64,000 nucleotides of DNA, taken from positions 1-64,000 of IMG/VR virus record IMGVR_UViG_3300042569_001270; one strand, given 5' to 3'. Numbering within the stretch: the stretch's first letter is position 1; every line of letters begins with the position of its first letter. This document shows, piece after piece, positions 14,501 through 23,170 of the stretch. This stretch comes from a virus. The position numbers and the translations under genes were made by a program. The notes below the pieces were generated by a model that had not been told where the DNA came from, made no database searches, and saw nothing but the letters and a program-made list of their open reading frames with translations.

Positions 14501-14734
14501 AAGCGGTCTGGCGGGCCTCAGCAGTTTGCTCAGATCGTTCGTGAGCAGGCCCCCGCGTTTGTTCGCAAGCACGGAGTCACCGACGAGTACCTGATGTCCA
14601 TCTACCGCGCCCTTCACAATCGGGCGGCGGTACAGAAGGCGGAAAAAGATGATCCTTGTTGGGACGGCTACGAGATGGTTGGCATGAAGCGCAAGAACGG
14701 TCGGCGCGTCCCCAAGTGTGTTCCCGAGACCTAA
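11594..14734 (+). CDS. 1046-aa low-complexity probable internal head protein with C-terminal CWxGY...VPxCVP motif
   Basis: GGAGG SD; PAPT linkers; ends in PCWDGYEMVGMKRKNGRRVPKCVP, a small motif seen in phage head-packaged proteins; LRKA/LTKG/VQKA sites. Confidence 0.8.
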   Translation: MAKKTAPAPTPTPTLTADTAVLDKKAAEDAARKKYLEVTLPQKKAAHANSALERHKVWAGKDFMSRPEPHGSARSFLTYNTVPFHYPVSHGHTEHEDPEQVRYSTVMGSPQTGGYRITHAGKHSLVESFPMAMNAERDENGEFVDPKAAERESFGPGGPKPIPNGLLTNPGMGDIYRALQQHVAGHRAKLFSPEGKAFLESGKGKDAYDHVTSDKGFTGGDRDFQRYVLEAISPKSERVLGSKGKPVDHPHAAPGAHGLRVNDNGEIAESPDAFNGSAEEAALAYPHSADEFSAVDKAATAKEKAAAKEAKAKEAAAAKEAKAAGKGGKGKKGEAPTAAPPAAPAAPPDAPATKGTFARKKLDPALEEGIAAAQAEQSKTTSKTSKTSKTAPAAGTQKKGRGGRKAAVAAPSAPSAPAATETAGAMRDAGFQSSTSGRPTTRTGQPLNLTANIEELRRRVSSAVGDEAAEKITQPAPPVTTTQPPAAPTAQPAASTFDPHKLSLDDYTKLHDNPAALHGVLSHLKDNFPNVYDASPDVQAAKNMVEQFRDAAKKSGIRFNGTKVDGRAQTPEQENTLEQLDQAVKMLRSERIKAGHRAYIDAALDQGKDDEIHKDNFAAHNMQLPQFKHRSFDTEDEFDRMFTSKPQQMELPLAAPKPKPEAAAPEAAPAAAAATGGPTPVKGDLLTSLSGGDTAPRGMAGSIVPTPVPTLPEGTSPQARSYHLIGADGSMKHTLNAKVIGQHEGTHGVYSTHVQDVNNPDGTHSHQNMLLVHHEKEPNNPTPTPKVLDSHKIVGSENKATLTPLAQQTNQAASVDHLLNNVAKPHAVQAASAKAAAAPTPTPAPTPAPPPSTGINPSADAPAPKPAKTGGMMARLKGMFGFGKGGLVVDLRKANNIYNLTKGVAADQPKKYTNKQVTKTGGIKHVYKLPAGSFQSPAGGGAPKVDNEVNPQALSTKLRTTSGTLLQIAKRSGGPQQFAQIVREQAPAFVRKHGVTDEYLMSIYRALHNRAAVQKAEKDDPCWDGYEMVGMKRKNGRRVPKCVPET
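12728..12763 (+). repeat. Imperfect 9-bp tandem repeat (AAGACCTCR) encoding KTTSKTSKTSKT
   Basis: Direct reading of the sequence. Confidence 0.75.
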
Positions 14735-14744
14735 GGAGATTTCC

Positions 14745-15413
14745 ATGACGATGTGCAAGGGCTGTGGGCAGATGTACAAGGGTGCGACGTGCAAGGGTTG
14801 CCACGCTATGGAGCGGCCCACTTTGATGAAGAAGGGGGAGCACACCTCTTCGGAGTCCGCCTCCGAGACGACCTCCGAGCACGGTGAGCAGGAAGTGCGT
14901 ATGAGTCTCCAGCAGCTGCACTCGGTCTGTGAGGCAGCCACCAAGCTCAAGGGTCACGTCAAGAAGGAGACGCTGGTCCCTGCGTGGGTTCAGAGCCTCC
15001 TGACGGTCGCCCACGAGAACCTTGAGCACATCGAGGGCTACTTTGAGGGCAAGCACATGAAGAAGGGCGGCGACTTTGTTATGCCGACGTCCGAGTCCCA
15101 CAAGCCACGGATGCCCGTCCCCACCCGTGGAATGAAGAAGCCTCCGGCACCGTCCAAGGGCGGCACCGCTGCACGCAACATCGCGCTGTCGGAAACGGCG
15201 CAGGAGACCGACGTGGAGAAGGTTAATAAGAGTGACGCCCCTGTTCTGCCGCAGTTTCCCCGCGTGACGGGCGACTCGCGCGTTCTGCTGCAGCACGTCG
15301 CTCCAGACCAGACGGTGATTCAGCAGATCACTGGTCGGGATACCCACCAGCCGCACAGCTACAATCTGGCCCCCTCGAACTGGGAAGACGGCTTCGGTCT
15401 TCGTCGTCGATAA
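14745..15413 (+). CDS. Head-associated protein: CxxC...CxxC N-terminus plus helical 'MSLQQL...PAWVQSLLTVA' domain
   Basis: AAGGAG SD before ATG 14745; the helical motif recurs in phage head proteins; MKKG x2 and VNKS sites. Confidence 0.7.
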   Translation: MTMCKGCGQMYKGATCKGCHAMERPTLMKKGEHTSSESASETTSEHGEQEVRMSLQQLHSVCEAATKLKGHVKKETLVPAWVQSLLTVAHENLEHIEGYFEGKHMKKGGDFVMPTSESHKPRMPVPTRGMKKPPAPSKGGTAARNIALSETAQETDVEKVNKSDAPVLPQFPRVTGDSRVLLQHVAPDQTVIQQITGRDTHQPHSYNLAPSNWEDGFGLRRR

Positions 15414-15434
15414 CAATCTCCAGCAGTAGCACTG

Positions 15435-15467
15435 GACGCCCGTCGGCTGTATGCTGGCGGGCGTCTT
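15435..15467 (+). terminator. GC-rich hairpin, possible weak terminator
   Basis: GACGCCCGTCGGC-TGTAT-GCTGGCGGGCGTC followed by TT, in the intergenic gap. Confidence 0.45.
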
Positions 15468-15482
15468 GCTGTTGAGGGATCA

Positions 15483-18400
15483 ATGACCAAACTTCTCAAA
15501 AAGTCTGACGGTAACCCTGCAGAACCCTCAAAGATGGGCCGCCCTCCTGAGGGCAAGCCGAAGGATGCACAGGGTCACGCCGTAACCGGCGACGGTCACC
15601 GCATCGTAGAGAACCCCGGTATCTATGGAGGCAAGTGGTACCGCGACAAGCGTGGCTTCGTTCAGTACGGCGTCCTACAGCCCCGTGGTGCGCCTCTGCA
15701 GGGGCCACGCTTCGCCCCGCTCGGAGGTGCCAAGCCTCTGGCTACTCGTGCAGGAGGCAAGGCCGCACGAGGGGCCACTGCCTCGGCTGTCGAAACGCTC
15801 ACCGGCATCAGGAACATCTATGCGACTGCCAATGCCACAGGGTTTGGTCTGTCGAGTGTCAGCCCGCTCACGGCTCTTCTATCCGGCGAGATTCGTAACG
15901 AACTGAACCTTGGAAACGTAGACGTCAAAGACGTCAAAAAGATGATTAACACCGGTACCCTTCCAAGTGGTGCCGGTGTGCTGAGTGGGCTGATCGCCTC
16001 AAAACTTGGGCTTCCGCTGGACAGCCTCGAAGAGTTTGCTGGGCTGGTGCGAGCCGCAGAGCGGGGAGGCTTTGACGTTGAAGATGCGCTCGGGCGAATG
16101 ATTGACGAGCGGATGCGCCTGCCTGACGGCAGCATGCCCGATAACTACGAGGAGACCCGCGAACTCCTCATCGCGTCGGTTTTTGAAGCCTTTGACAGTC
16201 TTCAAGACGACCACGACGTGCAGACCGCCGTCTCGCAGGCGGTCAGTGCTGCACAGGCAAACGATTTTATTATTGAACAGGCTATTAACACGGTCAACAC
16301 TCACAGAGACAAGCTCGGCTCTATTTTTGATCACTCTGTTCCTGTAGAGACTCGTTTCGTCCGTTTCTTGGCCGTTTCGCGGGAGCTTGGGTTGCTGAGT
16401 TTCGTGCGCGACCTTGAGATGGTTCGCCAGCACTTCAGGCCAGACGGATCACCGGTACCTATTGGTGAGCAGCTGAAGCAGCTTGGCGCAGTTCGCATCA
16501 ACACAGCGGGCGTCAGCTGGATGATCCGCCGTCTTAACAACCTTGCTGGGACGGATCAGGCACACACAACGCTCGCGCAGATTTTGCCCGTCCTTCTTCG
16601 TTACGACGCGTGGCAGCGGGCAAAGGCTCTTGGCTCAGACGCCGATCAACAAGTTGCGTCGTTTACCACTCCTGATGGTGAAGCTCGTGGGGACTTTGTT
16701 CACAAGTTTGCACCGGGTACTGACCAGTTTGAGCGCTTCAACGCTGACCCATCGGCGTTCTTTGAAGACCCGCAGTGGCAGAGGGAAGGCAACCTCCCAA
16801 CGCAGGACGATGGCCTTGAGGTTGCGCTCGTCAACCAGCTAATCGCCGAGAGTCCTCCCGAGTTGCTTACTCGCAATAATGTACTTAACTTTATTAAACA
16901 TACAAACGCTGAAGGGGAGCGCTTTGCCTCGATGCTGGAAGACTACGCCTCAGGAAACATGGGGGCGTACGGCTACCACCTCACCAAAGCGTTCGCCGCA
17001 AACGCTGTGACCCTCAAGGACGCGTTTGACGACCGAGCAGTTGAGGGCATCCTCACCAAGCTCGCTGGGCGTGCTGACCGGATCGTGAAGGCTATGCAGG
17101 CTCGTGTAGCCCACCCAGAGGCAATCAAGGCCACGTTGCCCCCTGACACGCTCAAGCACCTTGAGACCGCTGGCTTCGGCGGGGTACCCATCACTGTTCT
17201 GCCCACCCAGCTTCGTGCTGTGGCGCACGCACTGGCAGCGGAGCGCTCCATCTGCGGGCTGGACGTCGGCCTCGGGAAGACACTGGTCGCCGCGCTCTTT
17301 GCGGCCTCCCTGCTTCACCAAAAAAAGTCGCAGATCGTCTTTCACGTTTTGCCAAAGATGACGATTGATCAGTACCCTGAGCAGCTCAGGACTTTCCTTG
17401 GTCCCAGCTTCCAGTACCGCAGCATCGCCACGCAGGACATCTCCACCCGAGGCGTGGACTACCCAGAGGCTCTTGCCACGCTAGAAGCCATCTTGGCGGG
17501 CAAGAAGCAGTTTGCTCCCAACGTGATCATCTCAAACTCTTGGCTGGACGGTGGCCGGGAGTTGGAGGACTTGAAGCGTGCTGAGGGGTTGAACGTCTAC
17601 GACAGCAAGACAAACCAGTTCATCCCAAACCCCGCACTTTCTGAGCAGGAGTACGAGGACCGTCTGGACAAGCTGATTCCCCAGCTTCGCTTCGTGCAGC
17701 TTATTAAAGCTATTCAAGAGAAGTACGGCGCGGCGTTTATTATTGACGAAGCTCACTCACCGGGCGCGGGTCTTCGTAACGAGAAGAACATCGCCTACAA
17801 AGTTTTCCGTCACATGACGGAAGGTGCTGACCACGTTCTGGGTATGACGGCAAACGCTGCGTCGAACGGTGTCAAAGACATCGTGACGATGATGGGAGCG
17901 ATCAACCCAGAGGCTGTCACCGAAGACGTGCGCAGACTGCAGGAGCAGTATGCCTCCGTTTCGATAGTCCCTAAGCTGGATGCTGACGGAAACCCGACTG
18001 GACAGCGGGTTCGTCAGTACAGCAACCTCGACAGCTTCATGCGCGGCTCAAAAGACTTGATGCCGTTCTTTTATCAAAAAGTAAAAAGCGATCCTGACGT
18101 GCGGGCGGAGCTTGAGTCTGCAGGCTTTACAGTCCCGCAGATGCGCATCCGTCGGCGCAACCACCCAGTGAGTCCCCTTCTGTCACAGTACCTCTCGATG
18201 GCCGAGAACGGGCACGACGACTACGTTCGGCTTGAGAAGGCTCGCATCCGTAACGAACGCAATATCAATCGTTATCGCAATTTTCTTGCAGGCCACAATC
18301 CTTATTACGCAGACAAGAACCTCTACCCAGACGAGGCTCTTTGGTCTCTTCGTACTGTGACTCGTGCGCAGAAGGACGACGATGGTAATTTTTATCGTGA

Positions 18401-20693
18401 TCCCGTCACGGGTGAGTACGCACTCTACGAACAGCCTGTCGCACAGGACTACAAGTTCAAGCCTCCGCGTAAAGACGTTCCCCTTCGCTGGGACGATGTG
18501 AAGGACGACAACACCAAAGCTGCCTTGTACAAGTACAATCTTGCTAAAAAGATTCGTCTTGACCCCGCTATGGTCTGGGGCAACGCCATGCCCGAGGCCC
18601 ATCGTGGGGCCGCGTTTGGCAAGGTTGAAGCTGCTGTCGAGGCAGTGCTTGAGCACATGAACAGCCCCGTCACGAACGACGGCTGCATCATCTTGGCCGT
18701 CGAAAGCGTGCAGGCGATGAAGGTGATTCGCGACCGGCTTCGCGAGGAGGGCGTTGACAGCCCGCTGATCGCTGAGTTCCGTGGTGACGGAGACAGCACC
18801 GTCGTTGACAAGCGCTTGGCTTCAGACCGTGACGCTGCTGCTAAGCTTATTAACAAGAAGCAGATAAAAGTCGCGCTGATGTCCATCCGACTGGCCGTCG
18901 GTCTGAACCTTCAGCACGCCTCCAAGATGGTGATGATTGAAGAGCCGAGCACCGTGCACCACATGGATCAAACTTTGGGGCGCATCAGCCGCATCGGCGG
19001 TAACTCACTGGCAGAGATTGAAATCCTGAACCTGAACACAGACGTGGACTTTAAGGCTCTCCGCAACCGTTATGAGAAAGCCTTGCAGGTCCTTCCGCTG
19101 TTCCAGCACGACGAGTTGCTGGCCACTTCCGACGCGCTACCCGCCCTCATCAACCACATCGAGGCGGGGCTTGAGCGGCTGGGCCTGCCGACGGGTCCTG
19201 ACTACCACGACGAGATGAAGCCGGTGGCCGACCGCGTAGCCCTTGCAGAGCAGCAGGACCGTCTCGGGCTGGGGGGTATCCCTCACGATCTTTCGCGCTT
19301 CAAACAGGTTATTAACGGTCCTGCCTCAAAGTTCTTGCGTATTCCTGCTTCAGCCACCGAGCAGGTCATCCGCTACGCTAAGAACGGCCTCAGCATGATT
19401 AACCAAAAAGCTGAAGCAAACGAAATTCTTTATCAAGAAAAAAAGCGCAGCAAGGACGACTACGAAAAGGTTAAAGAGGCTGTTGATCGCGACCGTGACT
19501 TGTTTATGATGACAACGTCTTTGTTTGGGCAGCAGAACATCGTTGTACCGGGCAAGTACAGTGCCGTCGTTCCTCAGTACGCGAGCTTCGAGTCCACGAG
19601 CGACATCAACCCGTTTGCGGTTCTGGTTTCACAGGCCCAGACACCGGATGCTCGACTCAAGCGCAAGGTCGTCACGAGCTTGATTGATACGCCTAATTCT
19701 GTGATCTCAGACTCAGACGTTCCGGGCGGCAACGACATTTACATTCACTACTACGCGTGGGAGCTTATTCATAAGTACGGTCTGAAGTCTGTTGCGGAGC
19801 TTGTTGAAGGACACGAGCGACAGATCGCAGAAGCTATGGGGCTTTGGAACGACACCTATCGACTGACTCGGTATGTGAAGTACACCAACATGCTGCGAGA
19901 CTGGGCGAAGCAGGGCTACATTCGCTGGACGGGTACTGAGCCTGCACAGCTGCCGTTGAAGACCCCAGAGCTTGGCGAGGTTCGTGGGATTCGGCCCGCA
20001 AGGCCTCCGCCTTACCTGACTGCGGAAGAGGCCCTCCTCCGCTTCATGCTGGCCACGTCCAAGGACCCAAACATGCTTGAGGCCATGCGGCAGTCGCCGG
20101 GCATCCAGCAGGAACTGAAGCACCTTGGACTTGAGCACAAGGACCCCGAGAAGACAGTGCTGACGCCGGGGGCCGCTGCTCACACCCCTACATTTGATCC
20201 TGTTTCTGTGTGGGACGGACGGCAGCACCTCACGGTGACGCCTGCGGAGTTGGGTCAGTTCTGGAGCAACGTGAAGGCGTACCTCGATGGCGGAGGCTCA
20301 ATCAGTAGCGTGGACGAGGCGCATCGTGCGTTGACGGGCAGCACTGGTCCTGTAGGGGAAAGTGCTCAAGCAACGCGCATTATTATGTACGAGTTCGAGA
20401 AGCGTGGACTGACTCGCTCGACGTACACGCCAAGCGTTCCTCAGATTCGCGTCTCTCGTATCGGCAAGCACAACCTTCCCAACTTTGAAGACCTTCCTGC
20501 AGAGGGCAAAGTTATTAAAGGCGACGACCTTGAACACTACTGGGAGACGCTCTACAACTACTTGGACGCAGGCAACAGTCTGACGAGCCACGAAGGCCTC
20601 GCATCCGTTCTCGGGCTGAAACCAGAAGACCAATCACTGACACGCCACATCATGGACGAGTTCATCCGCCAGCGACTCGTCGTGAGGAGCTAA
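15483..20693 (+). CDS. 1736-aa protein with a SNF2/SWI2-like superfamily 2 ATPase core
   Basis: Q-motif LPTQ, Walker A LDVGLGKT, IIDEAH, motif III GMTAN, motifs V/VI AVGLNLQ...DQTLGRISRIG; long N- and C-terminal extensions. Confidence 0.88.
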   Translation: MTKLLKKSDGNPAEPSKMGRPPEGKPKDAQGHAVTGDGHRIVENPGIYGGKWYRDKRGFVQYGVLQPRGAPLQGPRFAPLGGAKPLATRAGGKAARGATASAVETLTGIRNIYATANATGFGLSSVSPLTALLSGEIRNELNLGNVDVKDVKKMINTGTLPSGAGVLSGLIASKLGLPLDSLEEFAGLVRAAERGGFDVEDALGRMIDERMRLPDGSMPDNYEETRELLIASVFEAFDSLQDDHDVQTAVSQAVSAAQANDFIIEQAINTVNTHRDKLGSIFDHSVPVETRFVRFLAVSRELGLLSFVRDLEMVRQHFRPDGSPVPIGEQLKQLGAVRINTAGVSWMIRRLNNLAGTDQAHTTLAQILPVLLRYDAWQRAKALGSDADQQVASFTTPDGEARGDFVHKFAPGTDQFERFNADPSAFFEDPQWQREGNLPTQDDGLEVALVNQLIAESPPELLTRNNVLNFIKHTNAEGERFASMLEDYASGNMGAYGYHLTKAFAANAVTLKDAFDDRAVEGILTKLAGRADRIVKAMQARVAHPEAIKATLPPDTLKHLETAGFGGVPITVLPTQLRAVAHALAAERSICGLDVGLGKTLVAALFAASLLHQKKSQIVFHVLPKMTIDQYPEQLRTFLGPSFQYRSIATQDISTRGVDYPEALATLEAILAGKKQFAPNVIISNSWLDGGRELEDLKRAEGLNVYDSKTNQFIPNPALSEQEYEDRLDKLIPQLRFVQLIKAIQEKYGAAFIIDEAHSPGAGLRNEKNIAYKVFRHMTEGADHVLGMTANAASNGVKDIVTMMGAINPEAVTEDVRRLQEQYASVSIVPKLDADGNPTGQRVRQYSNLDSFMRGSKDLMPFFYQKVKSDPDVRAELESAGFTVPQMRIRRRNHPVSPLLSQYLSMAENGHDDYVRLEKARIRNERNINRYRNFLAGHNPYYADKNLYPDEALWSLRTVTRAQKDDDGNFYRDPVTGEYALYEQPVAQDYKFKPPRKDVPLRWDDVKDDNTKAALYKYNLAKKIRLDPAMVWGNAMPEAHRGAAFGKVEAAVEAVLEHMNSPVTNDGCIILAVESVQAMKVIRDRLREEGVDSPLIAEFRGDGDSTVVDKRLASDRDAAAKLINKKQIKVALMSIRLAVGLNLQHASKMVMIEEPSTVHHMDQTLGRISRIGGNSLAEIEILNLNTDVDFKALRNRYEKALQVLPLFQHDELLATSDALPALINHIEAGLERLGLPTGPDYHDEMKPVADRVALAEQQDRLGLGGIPHDLSRFKQVINGPASKFLRIPASATEQVIRYAKNGLSMINQKAEANEILYQEKKRSKDDYEKVKEAVDRDRDLFMMTTSLFGQQNIVVPGKYSAVVPQYASFESTSDINPFAVLVSQAQTPDARLKRKVVTSLIDTPNSVISDSDVPGGNDIYIHYYAWELIHKYGLKSVAELVEGHERQIAEAMGLWNDTYRLTRYVKYTNMLRDWAKQGYIRWTGTEPAQLPLKTPELGEVRGIRPARPPPYLTAEEALLRFMLATSKDPNMLEAMRQSPGIQQELKHLGLEHKDPEKTVLTPGAAAHTPTFDPVSVWDGRQHLTVTPAELGQFWSNVKAYLDGGGSISSVDEAHRALTGSTGPVGESAQATRIIMYEFEKRGLTRSTYTPSVPQIRVSRIGKHNLPNFEDLPAEGKVIKGDDLEHYWETLYNYLDAGNSLTSHEGLASVLGLKPEDQSLTRHIMDEFIRQRLVVRS

Positions 20694-20694
20694 C

Positions 20695-21105
20695 ATGGGC
20701 AAGGCCAAAGACCCGTCGATACTCAACGAGCCTGCCTACGCTGTTGAGATCATACTTAAAGGAGAGAAACCATCTGTGCGGCTCCTCAGCGTAGAGAAGG
20801 TTCTTGGCGGACGTGTGCACGACAAGGAAAGCCTGCTGTACGAACTGGTCAAGCGTCAGCACAACTCGCTGAACTTCCACCACTCGGACATCACGTCTCG
20901 ACGGTGGCACCTTGAGTACGAACGACCTGCCCTCCGTTTTTATTGTAAACACTACGGGGTGCCGGTTCCGGGGTGGCTTGAAGGCTGCGGAGGCTACGAA
21001 GACTGCAGTGAGGAGACTTTCACGCGTCTGTTTGGTACTCGTCCCCTACACCCCGTCGAGTTCAAGACGTGGGGCGGTCTGTTTCCCGAGTTGAAGCCTC
21101 AATGA
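20695..21105 (+). CDS. Hypothetical protein
   Basis: ATG 1 nt after the previous stop; fills the gap. Confidence 0.7.
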   Translation: MGKAKDPSILNEPAYAVEIILKGEKPSVRLLSVEKVLGGRVHDKESLLYELVKRQHNSLNFHHSDITSRRWHLEYERPALRFYCKHYGVPVPGWLEGCGGYEDCSEETFTRLFGTRPLHPVEFKTWGGLFPELKPQ

Positions 21106-21136
21106 TCTTCCAGTACTTTCACGTTTGGAGCCACCC

Positions 21137-22006
21137 GTGACCCAGTTTGCTGAGGGCGTAAAGTCTGGCGAGGTTCAGCTGGAGCACCCGACTGAACACG
21201 GGCGCAACGGCGCGAAGATCGTCACGTTCGTGAACGGCGCAAAGGCCGTGGTGAAGGAGCGCTTCTTCGGGGACAAGGTCTTTCGCGGTGTACCGAAGCG
21301 TTTTGATCACCTAAATGAGGTGGCGGCTTACCAGCTTGACCAGCGGTTGTTCCGCTTCAACCTCGTGCCTGAGACGCTGCTCACCAAGCACAACGGCACC
21401 ACTGCCAGCGCACAGGAGTTTCACAAGGGTGCCACCGCCCCGGACATCTCCCCCGGCGTGTTCAACTCCGACGACCCGAACTGGAAGTCCAAGATTGCCA
21501 AGTTTTTCTGTCAGGTTGATCCTGACCGTCTTGCTCAGGTGGTGGTGTTTGACCTCGTGCTCAACAACACCGACCGGCACGGACGCAACCTGCTCTTCAC
21601 GAAGGGCAAGGATGGGCTGGTCAGCGGTGGCAGGGTCTGGGCCATCGACAACGGCGGTATCTTCGGTCAGGACTTGAAGTACTACCGGAACGTGTACCAC
21701 AAGTATTTGTTTCGTAATAACTTTCCGTTTCACTCTTCTTTGTTTGATCTGCTTCACAGTTTCAAGCTGGAAGACTTTGAGGCCATCCTGAAGCCTCTGT
21801 ACGGCGACAGCCGGTTCGCAGAGGACTGCATGGCTCGTACTCGGTGGATTATTCGGCACCGACGTCACTTGGCCTTCAAGATCGTCTCAGAGGGTCACTT
21901 TGACAAAAACGACTTTCCTTCGCACAAGGAAGAACTGGACGCGCTTCGCCACACTCGCGGCCTCGTAGCAGACGAAGGCGTCTTTGGAGCGTCAGATGCA
22001 GCTTGA
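21137..22006 (+). CDS. PI3/PI4-kinase-like (atypical kinase fold) protein
   Basis: AVVKE (ATP-binding Lys), EVAAYQLD, LVPET, SAQEF, catalytic DLVLNNTDRHGRNLL, AIDNG; GGAG SD before GTG 21137. Confidence 0.85.
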   Translation: MTQFAEGVKSGEVQLEHPTEHGRNGAKIVTFVNGAKAVVKERFFGDKVFRGVPKRFDHLNEVAAYQLDQRLFRFNLVPETLLTKHNGTTASAQEFHKGATAPDISPGVFNSDDPNWKSKIAKFFCQVDPDRLAQVVVFDLVLNNTDRHGRNLLFTKGKDGLVSGGRVWAIDNGGIFGQDLKYYRNVYHKYLFRNNFPFHSSLFDLLHSFKLEDFEAILKPLYGDSRFAEDCMARTRWIIRHRRHLAFKIVSEGHFDKNDFPSHKEELDALRHTRGLVADEGVFGASDAA

Positions 22007-22823
22007 TGACATCGTCAAAGCAGATGGGTCCTTCACAGCTTGGCAGCCCGTGGATGGCACGCTGTTGAAGGCAGAGCCGAAAGGCTCTCCGTACCTCGCC
22101 AAGATTCAGGGCTACTGCTCCACGGAGAAGAAGGATCGTCAAGACGAGGTCCTGCTTCAGCGCGGCCTCGACTTCGACGACTTCGTCAGGTACGGCTTCT
22201 TCAACGATAACCACGCACAGGAGACCGGTGCGCAGGTGGGTGTTCCGCTGATGGCCGAGTACCACCCCGGACGAGGCTGGTACACGGAGGGCTACCTCCT
22301 GAAGTCTCCGAGATCAGAACGCATTTATGATCTTGCAAAAGCCTTGGTCGGTACCAACCGGAAGCTGGGCTTTTCGGTCGAGGGCAAGGTCGAGGGCCGC
22401 GAAGGCAAGACCATCGTTAAGGCAAAGATTCGTCACGTCGCAATCACCCACTGCCCTGTAAACCCTGAGTGCACATGGGAGATCGTGGCAAAGGCACTCA
22501 GCGCCGGAGGCACTGCCGGAGGTAGCGCCAACGGTGCTACGATCTACAGCAACGGTGATACTGATCTCGAACGCGACAGCCCTCTTCCCGGCGAGGATGG
22601 CAAGCACCGTTGTCATCACAAAGGCTGTCGCACTGTTAAGAAGTCTCAGAAGGCCCTTGATCTTCACCTCAAGGAAGTGCATGGTCAGGCCCACGGCTTG
22701 AAAGTGAAACGTGACAGTGACATTGTGAAGGGCTACAGTCGGGAAGAGGCGCTAGAGTTTATCCGTCGAGTGCGACCAAACTGGCCCGAAGGATTGATTA
22801 TTAACGCGTTGTCGAGGCGCTAA
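21996..22823 (+). CDS. Prohead protease
   Basis: IQGYCSTEKKDRQDE, GFFNDNH, LGFSVEGKV, VAITHCPVN; located before scaffold and capsid. Confidence 0.92.
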   Translation: MQLDDIVKADGSFTAWQPVDGTLLKAEPKGSPYLAKIQGYCSTEKKDRQDEVLLQRGLDFDDFVRYGFFNDNHAQETGAQVGVPLMAEYHPGRGWYTEGYLLKSPRSERIYDLAKALVGTNRKLGFSVEGKVEGREGKTIVKAKIRHVAITHCPVNPECTWEIVAKALSAGGTAGGSANGATIYSNGDTDLERDSPLPGEDGKHRCHHKGCRTVKKSQKALDLHLKEVHGQAHGLKVKRDSDIVKGYSREEALEFIRRVRPNWPEGLIINALSRR

Positions 22824-22841
22824 CTCGACGAGGAGAAGCAG

Positions 22842-23132
22842 ATGGCTGATTTCGCTCGCTCTAAGCATGATCCGGTTCTTGCGTCTGGCACGGTTGTGAC
22901 CAGCGCCTCGACCGGTTCGGTCCAGTTCGCCAGCCCCTTTCCGGGGCAGGACATCAGCGTGGGTCTGACCCAGAAGGGTGCTTCGGCCCCCGCTGACGCG
23001 CTCTCCTACGAACTCGACGCGTCCAAGTCGTTGATCACGGTCTACGCGTGGAAGTCCACTGCGGCGGACAACACTGCGCTGATCGCTGCCTCGACTGCCG
23101 TCACGGTGGACGTGCAGGTCATTCGGCAGTAA
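22842..23132 (+). CDS. Small beta-rich virion protein (possible head decoration)
   Basis: AGGAG SD; strong codon bias; lies between protease and scaffold. Confidence 0.65.
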   Translation: MADFARSKHDPVLASGTVVTSASTGSVQFASPFPGQDISVGLTQKGASAPADALSYELDASKSLITVYAWKSTAADNTALIAASTAVTVDVQVIRQ

Positions 23133-23170
23133 CAACACCCACGGGCCACGCCCAAGAAAGGATGTCTCAC

